Positions 27,460 through 36,457 of a DNA stretch of 64,000 bases are shown in pieces. The translations under genes were made by a program, and so were the position numbers. Where the stretch lies: IMG/VR virus record IMGVR_UViG_3300010403_000021, positions 1 to 64,000 of that record; one strand, given 5' to 3'. The first letter of the stretch is position 1; every line of letters begins with the position of its first letter. The notes below the pieces were generated by a model. It searched no databases, was not told the DNA's origin, and was given only the letters and a program-made list of their open reading frames with translations. The stretch comes from a virus. Its lineage: Duplodnaviria; Heunggongvirae; Uroviricota; Caudoviricetes.

Positions 27460-27588
27460 CTTTATAATTGAAACAACCATCTTACGGTGGTTGTTTTTAC
27501 TTTAAGGAATATCTAGGTTTTTGCGAAAAGCGCGCAAAGATCCGCTGGATTAACTTTGGTTACCACATGATGAAGATTGGTAAATAAA

Positions 27589-27750
27589 ATGAATAAAAAT
27601 GAATGTTCCAAATACGGATGTAAGAACATACCAGAATATTTGGTATGTCCAACCAGATCCAAGAGAACAAAGAAACAAAATTGGCTTCCTTATTGTAAGC
27701 CACATGCAGAAGGATGGCAGCGTCAAGGCTTCACCATCGAAAAGTCTTGA
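27589..27750 (+). CDS. small Cys-rich protein (53 aa), paralogue of 27793-27966
   Basis: shared C..C...PYCK.HA motif. Confidence 0.35.
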   Translation: MNKNECSKYGCKNIPEYLVCPTRSKRTKKQNWLPYCKPHAEGWQRQGFTIEKS

Positions 27751-27774
27751 CATCAACCATTGAGCTTGATAGAG
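27746..27774 (+). promoter_or_regulatory. promoter variant: TTGACA-N17-TAGAGT
   Basis: near-consensus, followed by SD GGAGG and ATG 27793. Confidence 0.4.
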
Positions 27775-27792
27775 TCTCACCAGGAGGTAGTG

Positions 27793-27966
27793 ATGACAGC
27801 ACCTAAATGTACAAAAAGCAGTTGTAGCGCGAAATCTACACATATAATTGCTCCATTTACCACCGGTTATTATCCAACAGAAGAGTATTTTCCGTATTGT
27901 AAAAAGCACGCCAAAGAGCTACATATACGTGGATATAACATGTTGAAGGAGCCAAGATTCAAATGA
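27793..27966 (+). CDS. small Cys-rich protein, paralogue of 27589-27750
   Basis: SD CAGGAGG; internal ATG of track ORF 27760. Confidence 0.4.
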   Translation: MTAPKCTKSSCSAKSTHIIAPFTTGYYPTEEYFPYCKKHAKELHIRGYNMLKEPRFK

Positions 27967-28544
27967 GTTTTACCATTAAGAGTAAATATACTGACGAAGG
28001 CGCTATTTACAAGAATCTAAACATTTCTACAAAAGCGACTACTGGAGCAAAGGTAGTATCGTGTGTTATCACAGCGTTGGTAATTACACCAATTGTACTT
28101 GCTAGTATCTTCGGTCCTATTGCTTTTCTGTCATATATTGGCAGCATGATTATTAGCATAATCGTCATTGGTATTTCGGTTGAAATGGGCGTGGATAATT
28201 CAATAGAAGTACGTAAGCATGATGGTATGGCTGAATATTATGATACTTTGTCAAAATCTGTAGCTTTTACTCTTAAAGATCTCAGTGAGTATGAAGAAGA
28301 AATTAGAAATAGTGTAGACCCAAATACTTTATATAGTGAAGTACTAGAAAAGCTTACGAAATATCGTAATCTGGTTCAGCTTGGCAAGGGAACCGTAGCA
28401 GAAAAAGATCTAGGTCTCTATCATAAAAACATGAAATTACTATTGGAGACTTGTCGGAAGATTCGTCAGGATGACCTTTTGATTACAGATCAAGTGCTAT
28501 ATTCTACTTTGAATGGTCTGGGCGAACTACAAAAGGATAAATAA
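27963..28544 (+). CDS. membrane protein (2 TM) with C-terminal soluble domain
   Basis: hydrophobic helices VVSCVITALVITPIVLASIFGPIAFL / MIISIIVIGI. Confidence 0.45.
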   Translation: MSFTIKSKYTDEGAIYKNLNISTKATTGAKVVSCVITALVITPIVLASIFGPIAFLSYIGSMIISIIVIGISVEMGVDNSIEVRKHDGMAEYYDTLSKSVAFTLKDLSEYEEEIRNSVDPNTLYSEVLEKLTKYRNLVQLGKGTVAEKDLGLYHKNMKLLLETCRKIRQDDLLITDQVLYSTLNGLGELQKDK

Positions 28545-28855
28545 TGTTTTTTTGCGATTCATGTAGGGCTAAGAACAAATGGCCTGGAATTGTTGCTAAA
28601 TCTTATGGTAGATGTGAGGTATGCTTCCGACACACTTCATGCTATGATGTGCCCAGCAAATACTTACCAAAGGCCATTAAGCGGCAATGGTCTACACACG
28701 ATGTAGCGCTTTTGGCAAGTCAAATTGCAGAACTAGTAGAACAATATGATCTTAAAACAGAATTTCAGACAGCCAACTTAGCGGTTGATTTTGTATTCAG
28801 CCTGCTAGCATATAATGACAAAGAACATTACGATACGGATGTGATGGGAAACTAA
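28544..28855 (+). CDS. Zn-ribbon-containing hypothetical protein
   Basis: CDSC...CEVC. Confidence 0.4.
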   Translation: MFFCDSCRAKNKWPGIVAKSYGRCEVCFRHTSCYDVPSKYLPKAIKRQWSTHDVALLASQIAELVEQYDLKTEFQTANLAVDFVFSLLAYNDKEHYDTDVMGN

Positions 28856-29035
28856 TGGCAACGATCAAAGTTGATTATGATAAGAATACTGGTAATTATT
28901 TTGCTTATGCGGGAACCCACTACATTAAGGGTCCGGACTATGGTCCTGTTTGCCGAGAAGTAAATCGTTTGAAAATGACAGCTAAGCCTACTGCAAGAGC
29001 ACGTAAAGCTCATAAAGAAGCTACCGGAAACTAAA
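28856..29035 (+). CDS. small hypothetical protein (59 aa)
   Basis: ATG overlaps previous stop; not in track. Confidence 0.3.
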
Positions 29036-29047
29036 AAGGATAATAAG

Positions 29048-29272
29048 ATGCAGCTAGATAATCCAGTAATCATGAAACTTAAGGATAAGTACACCAAGGG
29101 TGGCAAGGGTCAGCTTGGTTTTAAGCCGCCCGCCGGTGGTGGAAATAGTACTAAGAAGCGTGCCAATAAGCATAAGGCTTCTGAAGCACAACGTAAGGCT
29201 ATTCTGCTGACTCAACGTAAGCGTGTTCTAGTACTCCAAGCCAATGGTAAGCTAGTAATGCGGGATGCATAA
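29048..29272 (+). CDS. basic K/G-rich small protein
   Basis: ORF with SD AAAGGA. Confidence 0.35.
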   Translation: MQLDNPVIMKLKDKYTKGGKGQLGFKPPAGGGNSTKKRANKHKASEAQRKAILLTQRKRVLVLQANGKLVMRDA

Positions 29273-29433
29273 TGCCATCAACAGATTTTAAATCAATCAA
29301 TCGGAAGTTCAAGAATGATTTAGTTAGATTTGCTAAATCACGAGGTATTAAGATTCATGTTGTCAAGCAACAGTCAGGCTTTGATGTAACGATTATGTGC
29401 GGCTCTGACGTACTTGGTACAACTGGATTCTGA
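29272..29433 (+). CDS. small hypothetical protein (53 aa)
   Basis: abutting ATG; not in track. Confidence 0.25.
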   Translation: MPSTDFKSINRKFKNDLVRFAKSRGIKIHVVKQQSGFDVTIMCGSDVLGTTGF

Positions 29434-29438
29434 AAGTA

Positions 29439-29506
29439 ATCCGTTTAGTATAATGGTATTGCACCGGTACCCATCGGTAATACGGGTTCGATTCCCGTAG
29501 CGGATT
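29439..29506 (+). tRNA. tRNA, anticodon ambiguous (loop region GTACCCAT; Gly-like ACC/CCC possible)
   Basis: acceptor ATCCGTT/AGCGGAT, T-arm ACGGGTTCGATTCCCGT; anticodon stem ACCG(G)/(T)CGGT gives a 6- or 8-nt loop. Confidence 0.45.
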
Positions 29507-29528
29507 ATTCAACAAGAGGAGTAATGTA

Positions 29529-29771
29529 ATGACTAGTTTTTCATCAATGTTTGAATCTGCTCTAATCAAATTAGTTGAAGATAGAACTGATGAATCAATT
29601 GCCAGGATTATGAAATTTGAGGAAAGTAGTTATACTGACGGATACTGTGAATCATGTTGGTACGAAGAAGCTTGTGTTGATATTAAATACGAGTTAACTG
29701 ATGGCAGTATCAAAGAGTTTACTTATATTGGTGAATTCAGTGATCTTATCAGAGAATTGACGGAGGAATGA
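29529..29771 (+). CDS. acidic hypothetical protein
   Basis: ORF with SD AGAGGAG. Confidence 0.4.
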   Translation: MTSFSSMFESALIKLVEDRTDESIARIMKFEESSYTDGYCESCWYEEACVDIKYELTDGSIKEFTYIGEFSDLIRELTEE

Positions 29772-30001
29772 TGACAGAAATTAGATTAGAAGGCTCTTTT
29801 GATGAAGATGGAACAACGTGGGGCCTTGATGTTTGGGAAGTAAATGGTAAGTTTCATGTGGTTGCCACTTCTGAAGACGAAGAGACAGGATACGGCGGTG
29901 CAGAATTGGATGCTGAACAAGTAAGTCTATTAGTAGCGGCCGGTCTTGAATATCTAGCAAAGTATCGACATGGCGAATACCAGACTGCTTCTAAAGACTA
30001 A
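29768..30001 (+). CDS. acidic hypothetical protein
   Basis: ORF overlapping previous stop. Confidence 0.4.
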   Translation: MMTEIRLEGSFDEDGTTWGLDVWEVNGKFHVVATSEDEETGYGGAELDAEQVSLLVAAGLEYLAKYRHGEYQTASKD

Positions 30002-30026
30002 TCACGGAGTATGATATACTGTCTCT

Positions 30027-30620
30027 ATGGAAGAGACATGGAAAGAATTTTATAAAGGATATTTTATATCTAATCTAGGCAGAGTCAGAAGAAATTACGG
30101 TCCTAGACTTAATAACGAAGGGTTTTGTTATTTAAAACCTTTTCTAACAAAAAGTAGAAAAGCCATGAGCTTTGTTATAAAGCCTAAACATGACCCTTTT
30201 AAGGCCTATCAGGTTCATAACTTAGTGTCTAAGTATTTTATGACTCCCCCTAAACGTGGGGAGTTTATTAGACATAAAGATGGCGATGCCCGAAATAATA
30301 GAGTAGATAATTTAGAATATTATAGAAGATCTAGAAAGCCTTATATCAGTAATGATGGTTATAGAAGAATTCATGATTTTGACCATCCCAATTCTGATTC
30401 AGAAGGATGGTTGGCTGAACATAGGTATGTTATGTCAAAATCCCTCAATAGACCATTGAGACCTAGTGAAAATGTCCACCATATTAATGGCATAAGATCC
30501 GATAATAGATTAGAGAATCTGGAATTATGGGTTTCTCATCAACCAAGAGGACAACGCCCAATTGATTTAGTTGAATGGGCTAAAGAAATCTTAGATATAT
30601 ATGGCGATGAAGTTGGCTAA
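30027..30620 (+). CDS. HNH homing endonuclease (NUMOD4-like N-terminus + HNH)
   Basis: YFISNLGRVRR NUMOD4-type motif; HHINGIRSDNRLENLELW..HQ HNH motif. Confidence 0.65.
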   Translation: MEETWKEFYKGYFISNLGRVRRNYGPRLNNEGFCYLKPFLTKSRKAMSFVIKPKHDPFKAYQVHNLVSKYFMTPPKRGEFIRHKDGDARNNRVDNLEYYRRSRKPYISNDGYRRIHDFDHPNSDSEGWLAEHRYVMSKSLNRPLRPSENVHHINGIRSDNRLENLELWVSHQPRGQRPIDLVEWAKEILDIYGDEVG

Positions 30621-31173
30621 CACAAGAGTTCTTTTAAAATGCCATCACGGCTCTCATCTTTATGGGCTTTCGACCCCAACATCCGACCTTGATTACTATG
30701 AGATATTTGAATATCCTTGGCAAAAATATAGACCAAGAAAACAAGTATCTCAGGTAATCAAGGACGATGTTGATTTAACTGAAACATCGTTGGATAGATT
30801 CCAAGACATGTGTTTTAAAGGTATCCCTCAATCATTGGAAGCATTATTTGCCGGTGAGCAACACTGGGTGAAATATCATACTTCATGGTATGATAAACGT
30901 GAATCAATTGAGAACAATCTTCATATTTATCATATGGATATTATTGAAACATATAAAAGAACAGCCTTGAACTTCTTTTTGAAAGATGATTTCAAAAAGA
31001 ATAGACATGCTTTCAGACTTATGCATAATATCAATGAATTCAAACAGTGTGGCAGATTTGACCCAACATTAAATATAAATACGCGCGAGTCCATTACTCG
31101 AACTGCCGTGTTGCCCCGACAACGGCGTGAAGAAATCTTTTTGGATCTCTTTTATAATACTTTCTATCAATAA
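30601..31173 (+). CDS. minimal nucleotidyltransferase (pol-beta superfamily) domain protein
   Basis: HGSHLYGLSTPTSDLDY = hG[GS]x9-13 D h D NTase signature. Confidence 0.5.
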   Translation: MAMKLANTRVLLKCHHGSHLYGLSTPTSDLDYYEIFEYPWQKYRPRKQVSQVIKDDVDLTETSLDRFQDMCFKGIPQSLEALFAGEQHWVKYHTSWYDKRESIENNLHIYHMDIIETYKRTALNFFLKDDFKKNRHAFRLMHNINEFKQCGRFDPTLNINTRESITRTAVLPRQRREEIFLDLFYNTFYQ

Positions 31174-31192
31174 ACAATCTTATGGGGATTTA

Positions 31193-32260
31193 ATGTATAT
31201 CAGCAATTTACTAGATGCGGAGCTACTTGGTAGTCACATCCGCAATGGATATGTCACGGCAAGGCGACACCCACATTTGCCGTTGACTATTCTTAACTAC
31301 ACGCCTAAAGCTCAGTATGAGCAAATGTGGGACGAAGTGACTACACGATGCCGTGGTCTCGTTGTTGATAATAAAGGTGAAATCGCGGCAAACTGTATGT
31401 ATAAGTTTTTTAACTATGGTGAGCCTAATGCCAAAGACATTGATTTATCAGGCCCGGTACAAGTTACCGACAAGCTTGATGGATCTATGGGCCTGGTAGC
31501 TTTTTATGAGGATGTTTTATTTACCGCAACTCGTGGTTCCTTTGAGTCCGAACAGGCTCAATTTGCCTACGATCATATTATGAAGACTCCAGGTTATGCT
31601 GATGCTTTTCATACTATTTGTGGTAATTCTGTTACCGCTGTCGTAGAGATCATCTATCCGGAAAACCGTATTGTGGTTGATTATGGTGAAATGCGCGATG
31701 TTGTTTTAATCGGTGCTATTGCCAACAATGAACTATCAAATGGTCGTCAATTATGGATTCCTGCGGATAAGTTTTATTCTTGGCCTGGTCCACGTGTTGA
31801 GAAGTTCAATGCAAAGACTTTTGAAGATGCTTTACGTATTCCTCCTAGAATCAATAAGGAAGGTATCGTAGTATACTTTGAAAACACCGGGGATAGACTA
31901 AAGTTAAAGCAGCAGGATTATCTAATTGCCCATAAGTTTGTGTCTAATTTAACACCAAAGAATGTATGGCAGCAATTACATGATGGCAATACTTTAGAGA
32001 ATTTGCTTGAAATGGCACCGGATGAATTTCACGATACAGTTAGAGAATATGTAGCAAGTATACAGAAGAGTTTTGACCATCTGTTAAGGTTGGTCAATAT
32101 TGAGTTTGATAAAATAGACAGATCATTAACTCCAGGCTATTCACGTAAGGACTTTGCGTTAGCAGTAGCAAAGAATCCTTACAGAGGTCATCTGTTCCAT
32201 GTGCTTGACCAACGTAGTGACTTGCTGGTAGAGTCTGTCTGGAAGGCCATCCAACCTTAA
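31193..32260 (+). CDS. rnlA: RNA ligase 1 (T4 RnlA-like tRNA repair ligase)
   Basis: CRGLVVD...KFFNYGE parallels T4 Rnl1 CRGIMFE...KFFNLNE; adenylation motif I TDKLDGS (KxDG). Confidence 0.7.
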   Translation: MYISNLLDAELLGSHIRNGYVTARRHPHLPLTILNYTPKAQYEQMWDEVTTRCRGLVVDNKGEIAANCMYKFFNYGEPNAKDIDLSGPVQVTDKLDGSMGLVAFYEDVLFTATRGSFESEQAQFAYDHIMKTPGYADAFHTICGNSVTAVVEIIYPENRIVVDYGEMRDVVLIGAIANNELSNGRQLWIPADKFYSWPGPRVEKFNAKTFEDALRIPPRINKEGIVVYFENTGDRLKLKQQDYLIAHKFVSNLTPKNVWQQLHDGNTLENLLEMAPDEFHDTVREYVASIQKSFDHLLRLVNIEFDKIDRSLTPGYSRKDFALAVAKNPYRGHLFHVLDQRSDLLVESVWKAIQP

Positions 32261-32269
32261 GGAAGTAAA

Positions 32270-32650
32270 ATGGTTTTAACCAGATTAACCGTTATAATTA
32301 TGATCGTACTAAGTATCTTCAATCCGTCATTATGGCTTTGGACGATTATTGCTTTAGTTATTGTAGAGCTTGACTGGATCTCAGTACGATCTTATTATAA
32401 GAATAAAGTTAAGATAGTAGAAAAACCAGTAGAAACTATTAAGTTTAAAGATTCTCCAATTCAGCAAAATAAAATTAATGAACTTGAAAGCAAGCTGGTC
32501 ATTTCTAAAACTTCGGTTGAAGGTCAGCTTGCTTATCAAACCAAAGAAATTAATAGATTAATCAAAGAAAACGCTAGCTTATCCATACTGGTCGAAAAGC
32601 AAGCTATTCAAATCGATGAACTAAAGGAACAAAATGTTTCCGATTCTTGA
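32270..32650 (+). CDS. membrane-anchored coiled-coil protein
   Basis: two N-terminal TM helices then coiled coil. Confidence 0.4.
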   Translation: MVLTRLTVIIMIVLSIFNPSLWLWTIIALVIVELDWISVRSYYKNKVKIVEKPVETIKFKDSPIQQNKINELESKLVISKTSVEGQLAYQTKEINRLIKENASLSILVEKQAIQIDELKEQNVSDS

Positions 32651-33581
32651 GATTTACCAGGGGCTACCCGCTTCTGGTAAGTCCACTCAAGCTAAGCTAG
32701 AAGTAGAAAAAGATCTAGGTAATACAATCAGAGTGAATCGTGATCTGATTCGTGTTATGCTTCATAACAATATCTTTGATCGTAAGCTAACTGAACCACG
32801 CACTATTGCCGCCAGAAATACCTTGATTCGTGATGGACTAAAGCGCGGCGTTCGTGTAATTTGCGACGATACCAATCTTGATCCAAGAGTTGTCAAGGAT
32901 CTTATCAATATTGCTGAATTCTTCGGGGCTGAGGTTCGTATTACTCAGTTTGATGTTGATGTAAACGAATGTATTCGACGTGACAAGGCAAGAGCAGATC
33001 TGCCGGGTGAAGTTTCGGTAGGTGAAAAGGTTATTCGTGGAATGGTGAAGAACTATTTCGTTGACGGAAAGTTTCCTGAAAAGGCTGCTGAAGTCAAGGG
33101 AATTAGTTTTGCACCAGCGGTTAAATCATATGATAATTGGCTAGCGGTAATTTTCGATATTGATGGAACACTGGCTGACCATAAGGGAATTCGTTCACCG
33201 TATGACTATACAAAGGTCATCAAGGACCGGCCACGAGTAGCTGTTATCAAGGCCCTTCGCATGTATGCAAAGGCTGGTTATAAAATTATTATTTGTTCCG
33301 GCCGGGAAGATTTCTGTCGGGAAGATACAATTAAGTGGCTTGATCACCACCTTAGTTCTGTTGATGGCAATGGTGATATTGTCAAGGTTTCATATGATCT
33401 ATACATGCGTCCAACTGGAGATAAGCGTCAGGATCGCATTATCAAGGGTGAAATCTTTGATAAGCATATTCGTGATCATTGGGACATTGAAATGGTTTAC
33501 GACGATCGTGATCAAGTTATTGGGCTTTGGCGTGACGAATTGAAGCTTGATACTTGTCAAGTTAATTGGGGTGATTTCTAA
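32634..33581 (+). CDS. pnkp: polynucleotide 5'-kinase/3'-phosphatase (T4 Pnkp-like)
   Basis: N-terminal Walker A GLPASGKST; C-terminal HAD motif I IFDIDGTLA; same domain order as T4 Pnkp. Confidence 0.75.
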   Translation: MFPILEIYQGLPASGKSTQAKLEVEKDLGNTIRVNRDLIRVMLHNNIFDRKLTEPRTIAARNTLIRDGLKRGVRVICDDTNLDPRVVKDLINIAEFFGAEVRITQFDVDVNECIRRDKARADLPGEVSVGEKVIRGMVKNYFVDGKFPEKAAEVKGISFAPAVKSYDNWLAVIFDIDGTLADHKGIRSPYDYTKVIKDRPRVAVIKALRMYAKAGYKIIICSGREDFCREDTIKWLDHHLSSVDGNGDIVKVSYDLYMRPTGDKRQDRIIKGEIFDKHIRDHWDIEMVYDDRDQVIGLWRDELKLDTCQVNWGDF

Positions 33582-33601
33582 TTACTCCATTAACAGATGA
33601 A

Positions 33602-33775
33602 ATGAAAGCCGATCTAGTTGCTTCTCTGGTTAGCATATTGCAAGATATGTACATCACAATAAGCATTGTTCACAAGAATGAAATCTTCCCAGAAGATGTA
33701 TCAAATAAGCTTATCGAAGAAGTCGAAAGTTTTACCAATAACATGTATGAACTACTAACAAAGGATATGAAATGA
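33602..33775 (+). CDS. small hypothetical protein (57 aa)
   Basis: not in track. Confidence 0.25.
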   Translation: MKADLVASLVSILQDMYITISIVHKNEIFPEDVSNKLIEEVESFTNNMYELLTKDMK

Positions 33776-34038
33776 CAAATGATGTAGATCTAGCAGACAG
33801 TCTTATTAATAATATCCTGGAAGGCATTACTCCAGAACAAAAGACAGTTCTTATTGCTAAAGGCCTGGGTAAGGTAGATAGTCTACTGAACGGAATTCGC
33901 ATTGTAGCGCAGACTCCAAATGTAATGTCTGAGGAAGGTCAAAAGCGTCTTCTTGTTGCCATTGCTGATTTTCGTTCGGAATCAGATGCTATTGCTGAAC
34001 TAGAGGCTAGCAGACTTATTGAGAAGCTTCTCTATTGA
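33772..34038 (+). CDS. hypothetical protein
   Basis: ORF. Confidence 0.4.
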   Translation: MTNDVDLADSLINNILEGITPEQKTVLIAKGLGKVDSLLNGIRIVAQTPNVMSEEGQKRLLVAIADFRSESDAIAELEASRLIEKLLY

Positions 34039-34068
34039 TTTATATGGCTCTGGTGATATACTAGAGTC

Positions 34069-34227
34069 ATGAACGAGTATGAAATAGAGATAAAAGCAAA
34101 ACTAAGAGTCTTTGCTTTTAGTCCATCGGATGCCAGCGATGCCGTTGAAGAAGCTATTAGAGAAGCTGAATCATTCGGGGCTGAAATCAAAGACCTTAGT
34201 TTTGTCTCTATCAATGAAATAATCTAG
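34069..34227 (+). CDS. small acidic protein (52 aa)
   Basis: not in track. Confidence 0.25.
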   Translation: MNEYEIEIKAKLRVFAFSPSDASDAVEEAIREAESFGAEIKDLSFVSINEII

Positions 34228-34241
34228 AGGAGTGGTTAATA

Positions 34242-34457
34242 ATGACAGTTACAGAAACCGTTGAAAGAGAAGAGTATGAATTAAACCTAATGCATAGGTG
34301 TGATCGATGTTCAGCTCAAGCTTTTGCCAGGGCGGTAAAGATTATTGATGATAAACCTCTAGAACTATTATTCTGTGGACATCATTTCAAAAAGACAGCA
34401 TATGAATTAGGTCTTAACGGTTGGGATGTTCAGAACAACACAGATAAAATTCAATAA
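34242..34457 (+). CDS. Zn-ribbon-like small protein
   Basis: CDRC...CGHH; SD GGAG. Confidence 0.4.
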   Translation: MTVTETVEREEYELNLMHRCDRCSAQAFARAVKIIDDKPLELLFCGHHFKKTAYELGLNGWDVQNNTDKIQ

Positions 34458-34470
34458 ACTGAGGAGTGTT

Positions 34471-34746
34471 ATGGATATCAGAGTTATGTGGGGTTATATC
34501 GATAAAGATAATACATCAAAAGGTTGGTTTATCAAGGTTTGTGATTCTCTGACCGGCGAACTTTGGGCAGAGAAACTTATGGATTCCACTTCAATGCTTA
34601 TTGAAGTTCGTGGCACTGATATCAATTATGTTCATTATATGATTGATAGGCTGCCAGAATTGGAAGATCTTTGTCGTCTTGAAAAGTATGATTATGAAAA
34701 AGGTATTGAAGAAATTCAGAACCTCTCACCTAGCGATTTTGGATAA
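34471..34746 (+). CDS. hypothetical protein (internal ATG of track ORF 34426)
   Basis: SD GAGGAG before ATG 34471. Confidence 0.4.
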   Translation: MDIRVMWGYIDKDNTSKGWFIKVCDSLTGELWAEKLMDSTSMLIEVRGTDINYVHYMIDRLPELEDLCRLEKYDYEKGIEEIQNLSPSDFG

Positions 34747-34750
34747 TTAA

Positions 34751-35335
34751 ATGGAACAATATACTCACGACCAGCGCAAAGCACTACGTGAAATCGACTG
34801 GACACGCAACGTACGCCCAGAGTTCAAAGGCTTGACTAACGACCAGATCAGGGCTAAGCTGGCACCGGTACGAAACAACCTAGTGTTTGCCTTTAATAAT
34901 GCTCTGAGAGATTTCAATTTCGGTGGCATTATTAGAGTGTCAAATGCTTTTGCGTGTAGATCAGTTATCTATTCAGGCTTTAGAAAATATGATCCACGTG
35001 GTGCAGTTGGTACTCTTAATTATGAAGATATTTATCATTTTCCTTCAATTGAAGACTTCAAGGCAATTATCATGAATTATCAAAACTTGGGTTATAGCTT
35101 TGTTGTAGCCGAATCAGACATGTATGATAAGTCAGTGCTTCTACCTCATTTTCGCTGGGATGATAAGACTGTTCTTATGCTAGGTGAGGAAGGTACTGGA
35201 GTACCTGAAGAGTTTATTGATATGGCTGATGTTGTTGTTACTATTCCTCAAGTAGGAAGTGTCAATAGCATGAACGTTGCCAGCACCGCCCATATTCTAG
35301 CCTATGATTATATGAAATCTACAGGAAGGTTCTAA
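34751..35335 (+). CDS. SpoU/TrmH-class (SPOUT) RNA 2'-O-methyltransferase
   Basis: LMLGEEGTGVPEEF and VVTIPQVGSVNSMNVASTAHILAYDY match SpoU motifs 2 and 3. Confidence 0.65.
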   Translation: MEQYTHDQRKALREIDWTRNVRPEFKGLTNDQIRAKLAPVRNNLVFAFNNALRDFNFGGIIRVSNAFACRSVIYSGFRKYDPRGAVGTLNYEDIYHFPSIEDFKAIIMNYQNLGYSFVVAESDMYDKSVLLPHFRWDDKTVLMLGEEGTGVPEEFIDMADVVVTIPQVGSVNSMNVASTAHILAYDYMKSTGRF

Positions 35336-35463
35336 TGTTTACGGTTGCTTTTGTTGTTAATTCCATTGCTTTCATTGGCTATCTCATGCTATGTTTCTAT
35401 GTCACTAGTGACAAGTTCTATAGCATGTTCATTGAATACTTGAGGCGTCATCGTGGACTATGA
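35335..35463 (+). CDS. small membrane peptide (42 aa)
   Basis: hydrophobic; not in track. Confidence 0.2.
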   Translation: MFTVAFVVNSIAFIGYLMLCFYVTSDKFYSMFIEYLRRHRGL

Positions 35464-35704
35464 AGATAAATTAGATATCATCGATAAAGATATCGCACCC
35501 AAGAATGCAGATGAACTATTTCTTGGAATGTATCTAGCGTTTTTTGTGGATTTTTATCGTGACGATCCAGACGTAGAAGTTATGCACGGCGGTGCTGAAA
35601 AAGTGCTAGAATACTGGCGCAATAAGTATCATGAAGAGATTATGACATTAGGTGGTAAATATGAAGAAAATAATGATGACCACGGGCAGCCGGGGTTGGG
35701 ATAG
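35453..35704 (+). CDS. hypothetical protein
   Basis: ORF. Confidence 0.35.
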   Translation: MDYEDKLDIIDKDIAPKNADELFLGMYLAFFVDFYRDDPDVEVMHGGAEKVLEYWRNKYHEEIMTLGGKYEENNDDHGQPGLG

Positions 35705-36107
35705 AAATAAAGAACAAGACTATAATCAAGTAACACGGGCTCTGATCATTGAAATCAAGAATCTAATCGATCTTGGTGTTACAGAAATTGAAGTATGGCA
35801 CGGTGATGCCAAAGGTTCTGATAAGATGACAGAAGAGTTCATCAATAAAATTGAACGTTCTCTCAAGGAACGTATGAACGTCATTATTAAAACTAAGGTA
35901 TTTCCACCGGATATCAATAAATACGGGTCTCCTGTGGCCTTCCATGTACGCAATCAGACTATGGTAGATGGGGCTGATGTCTGCGTAGCCTTCCTCAAGG
36001 CTGGTGAGGCCAACAAGGGCACATTGAGTACTATCAAGCGTGCTAGAGACACTGGCGTCAAAGTCGCTGTCTACGGTGCCAGAGAGCTTGACATCAGACG
36101 TAGCTGA
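35661..36107 (+). CDS. putative SLOG/DprA-LOG-like Rossmann-fold protein
   Basis: TGSRGW N-terminal and GADVCVAF...KGT..TI pattern; weak. Confidence 0.3.
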   Translation: MKKIMMTTGSRGWDRNKEQDYNQVTRALIIEIKNLIDLGVTEIEVWHGDAKGSDKMTEEFINKIERSLKERMNVIIKTKVFPPDINKYGSPVAFHVRNQTMVDGADVCVAFLKAGEANKGTLSTIKRARDTGVKVAVYGARELDIRRS

Positions 36108-36116
36108 CTGTAGGCT
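36088..36116 (+). promoter_or_regulatory. promoter copy: TTGACA-N17-TAGGCT (inside 3' end of upstream CDS)
   Basis: consensus; followed by 7-bp hairpin AGGTGCA...TGCACCT and ATG at predicted TSS. Confidence 0.45.
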
Positions 36117-36122
36117 AGGTGC

Positions 36123-36266
36123 ATGAACAAAGTGCACCTAGTTTTTACGGGCTTTACAGTCTTCGCGGCAGTGTTGAGTCCCTATGCTGCTCTATGGGTT
36201 ATTGGTTGTTGGTTGGTAGTTACTTATTTGGAGGGTAAATGTTCAATGAATTCAGGCAAGATCTAA
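36123..36266 (+). CDS. possible leaderless small hydrophobic peptide (47 aa); overlaps next gene out of frame
   Basis: ATG exactly +7 from -10; hydrophobic; speculative. Confidence 0.2.
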   Translation: MNKVHLVFTGFTVFAAVLSPYAALWVIGCWLVVTYLEGKCSMNSGKI

Positions 36267-36457
36267 TAGCAAACCAAAAGCATATCTGGATGGCTATTTT
36301 CACGGGTGCGTTTTTCTATGGTCATTTGTTTTTTGCATTGCTCACTTTCACTATACTGTATGTTTACCTTGATAGTAAGAATGTAGCTTTTGATTCTCCC
36401 ATGCTGGATCATCCAGACAATCTGATTAAAATTACACCTTTGGAAAGAGGATATTAA
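36239..36457 (+). CDS. small membrane protein
   Basis: strong SD GGAGGG; TM helices. Confidence 0.45.
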   Translation: MFNEFRQDLIANQKHIWMAIFTGAFFYGHLFFALLTFTILYVYLDSKNVAFDSPMLDHPDNLIKITPLERGY

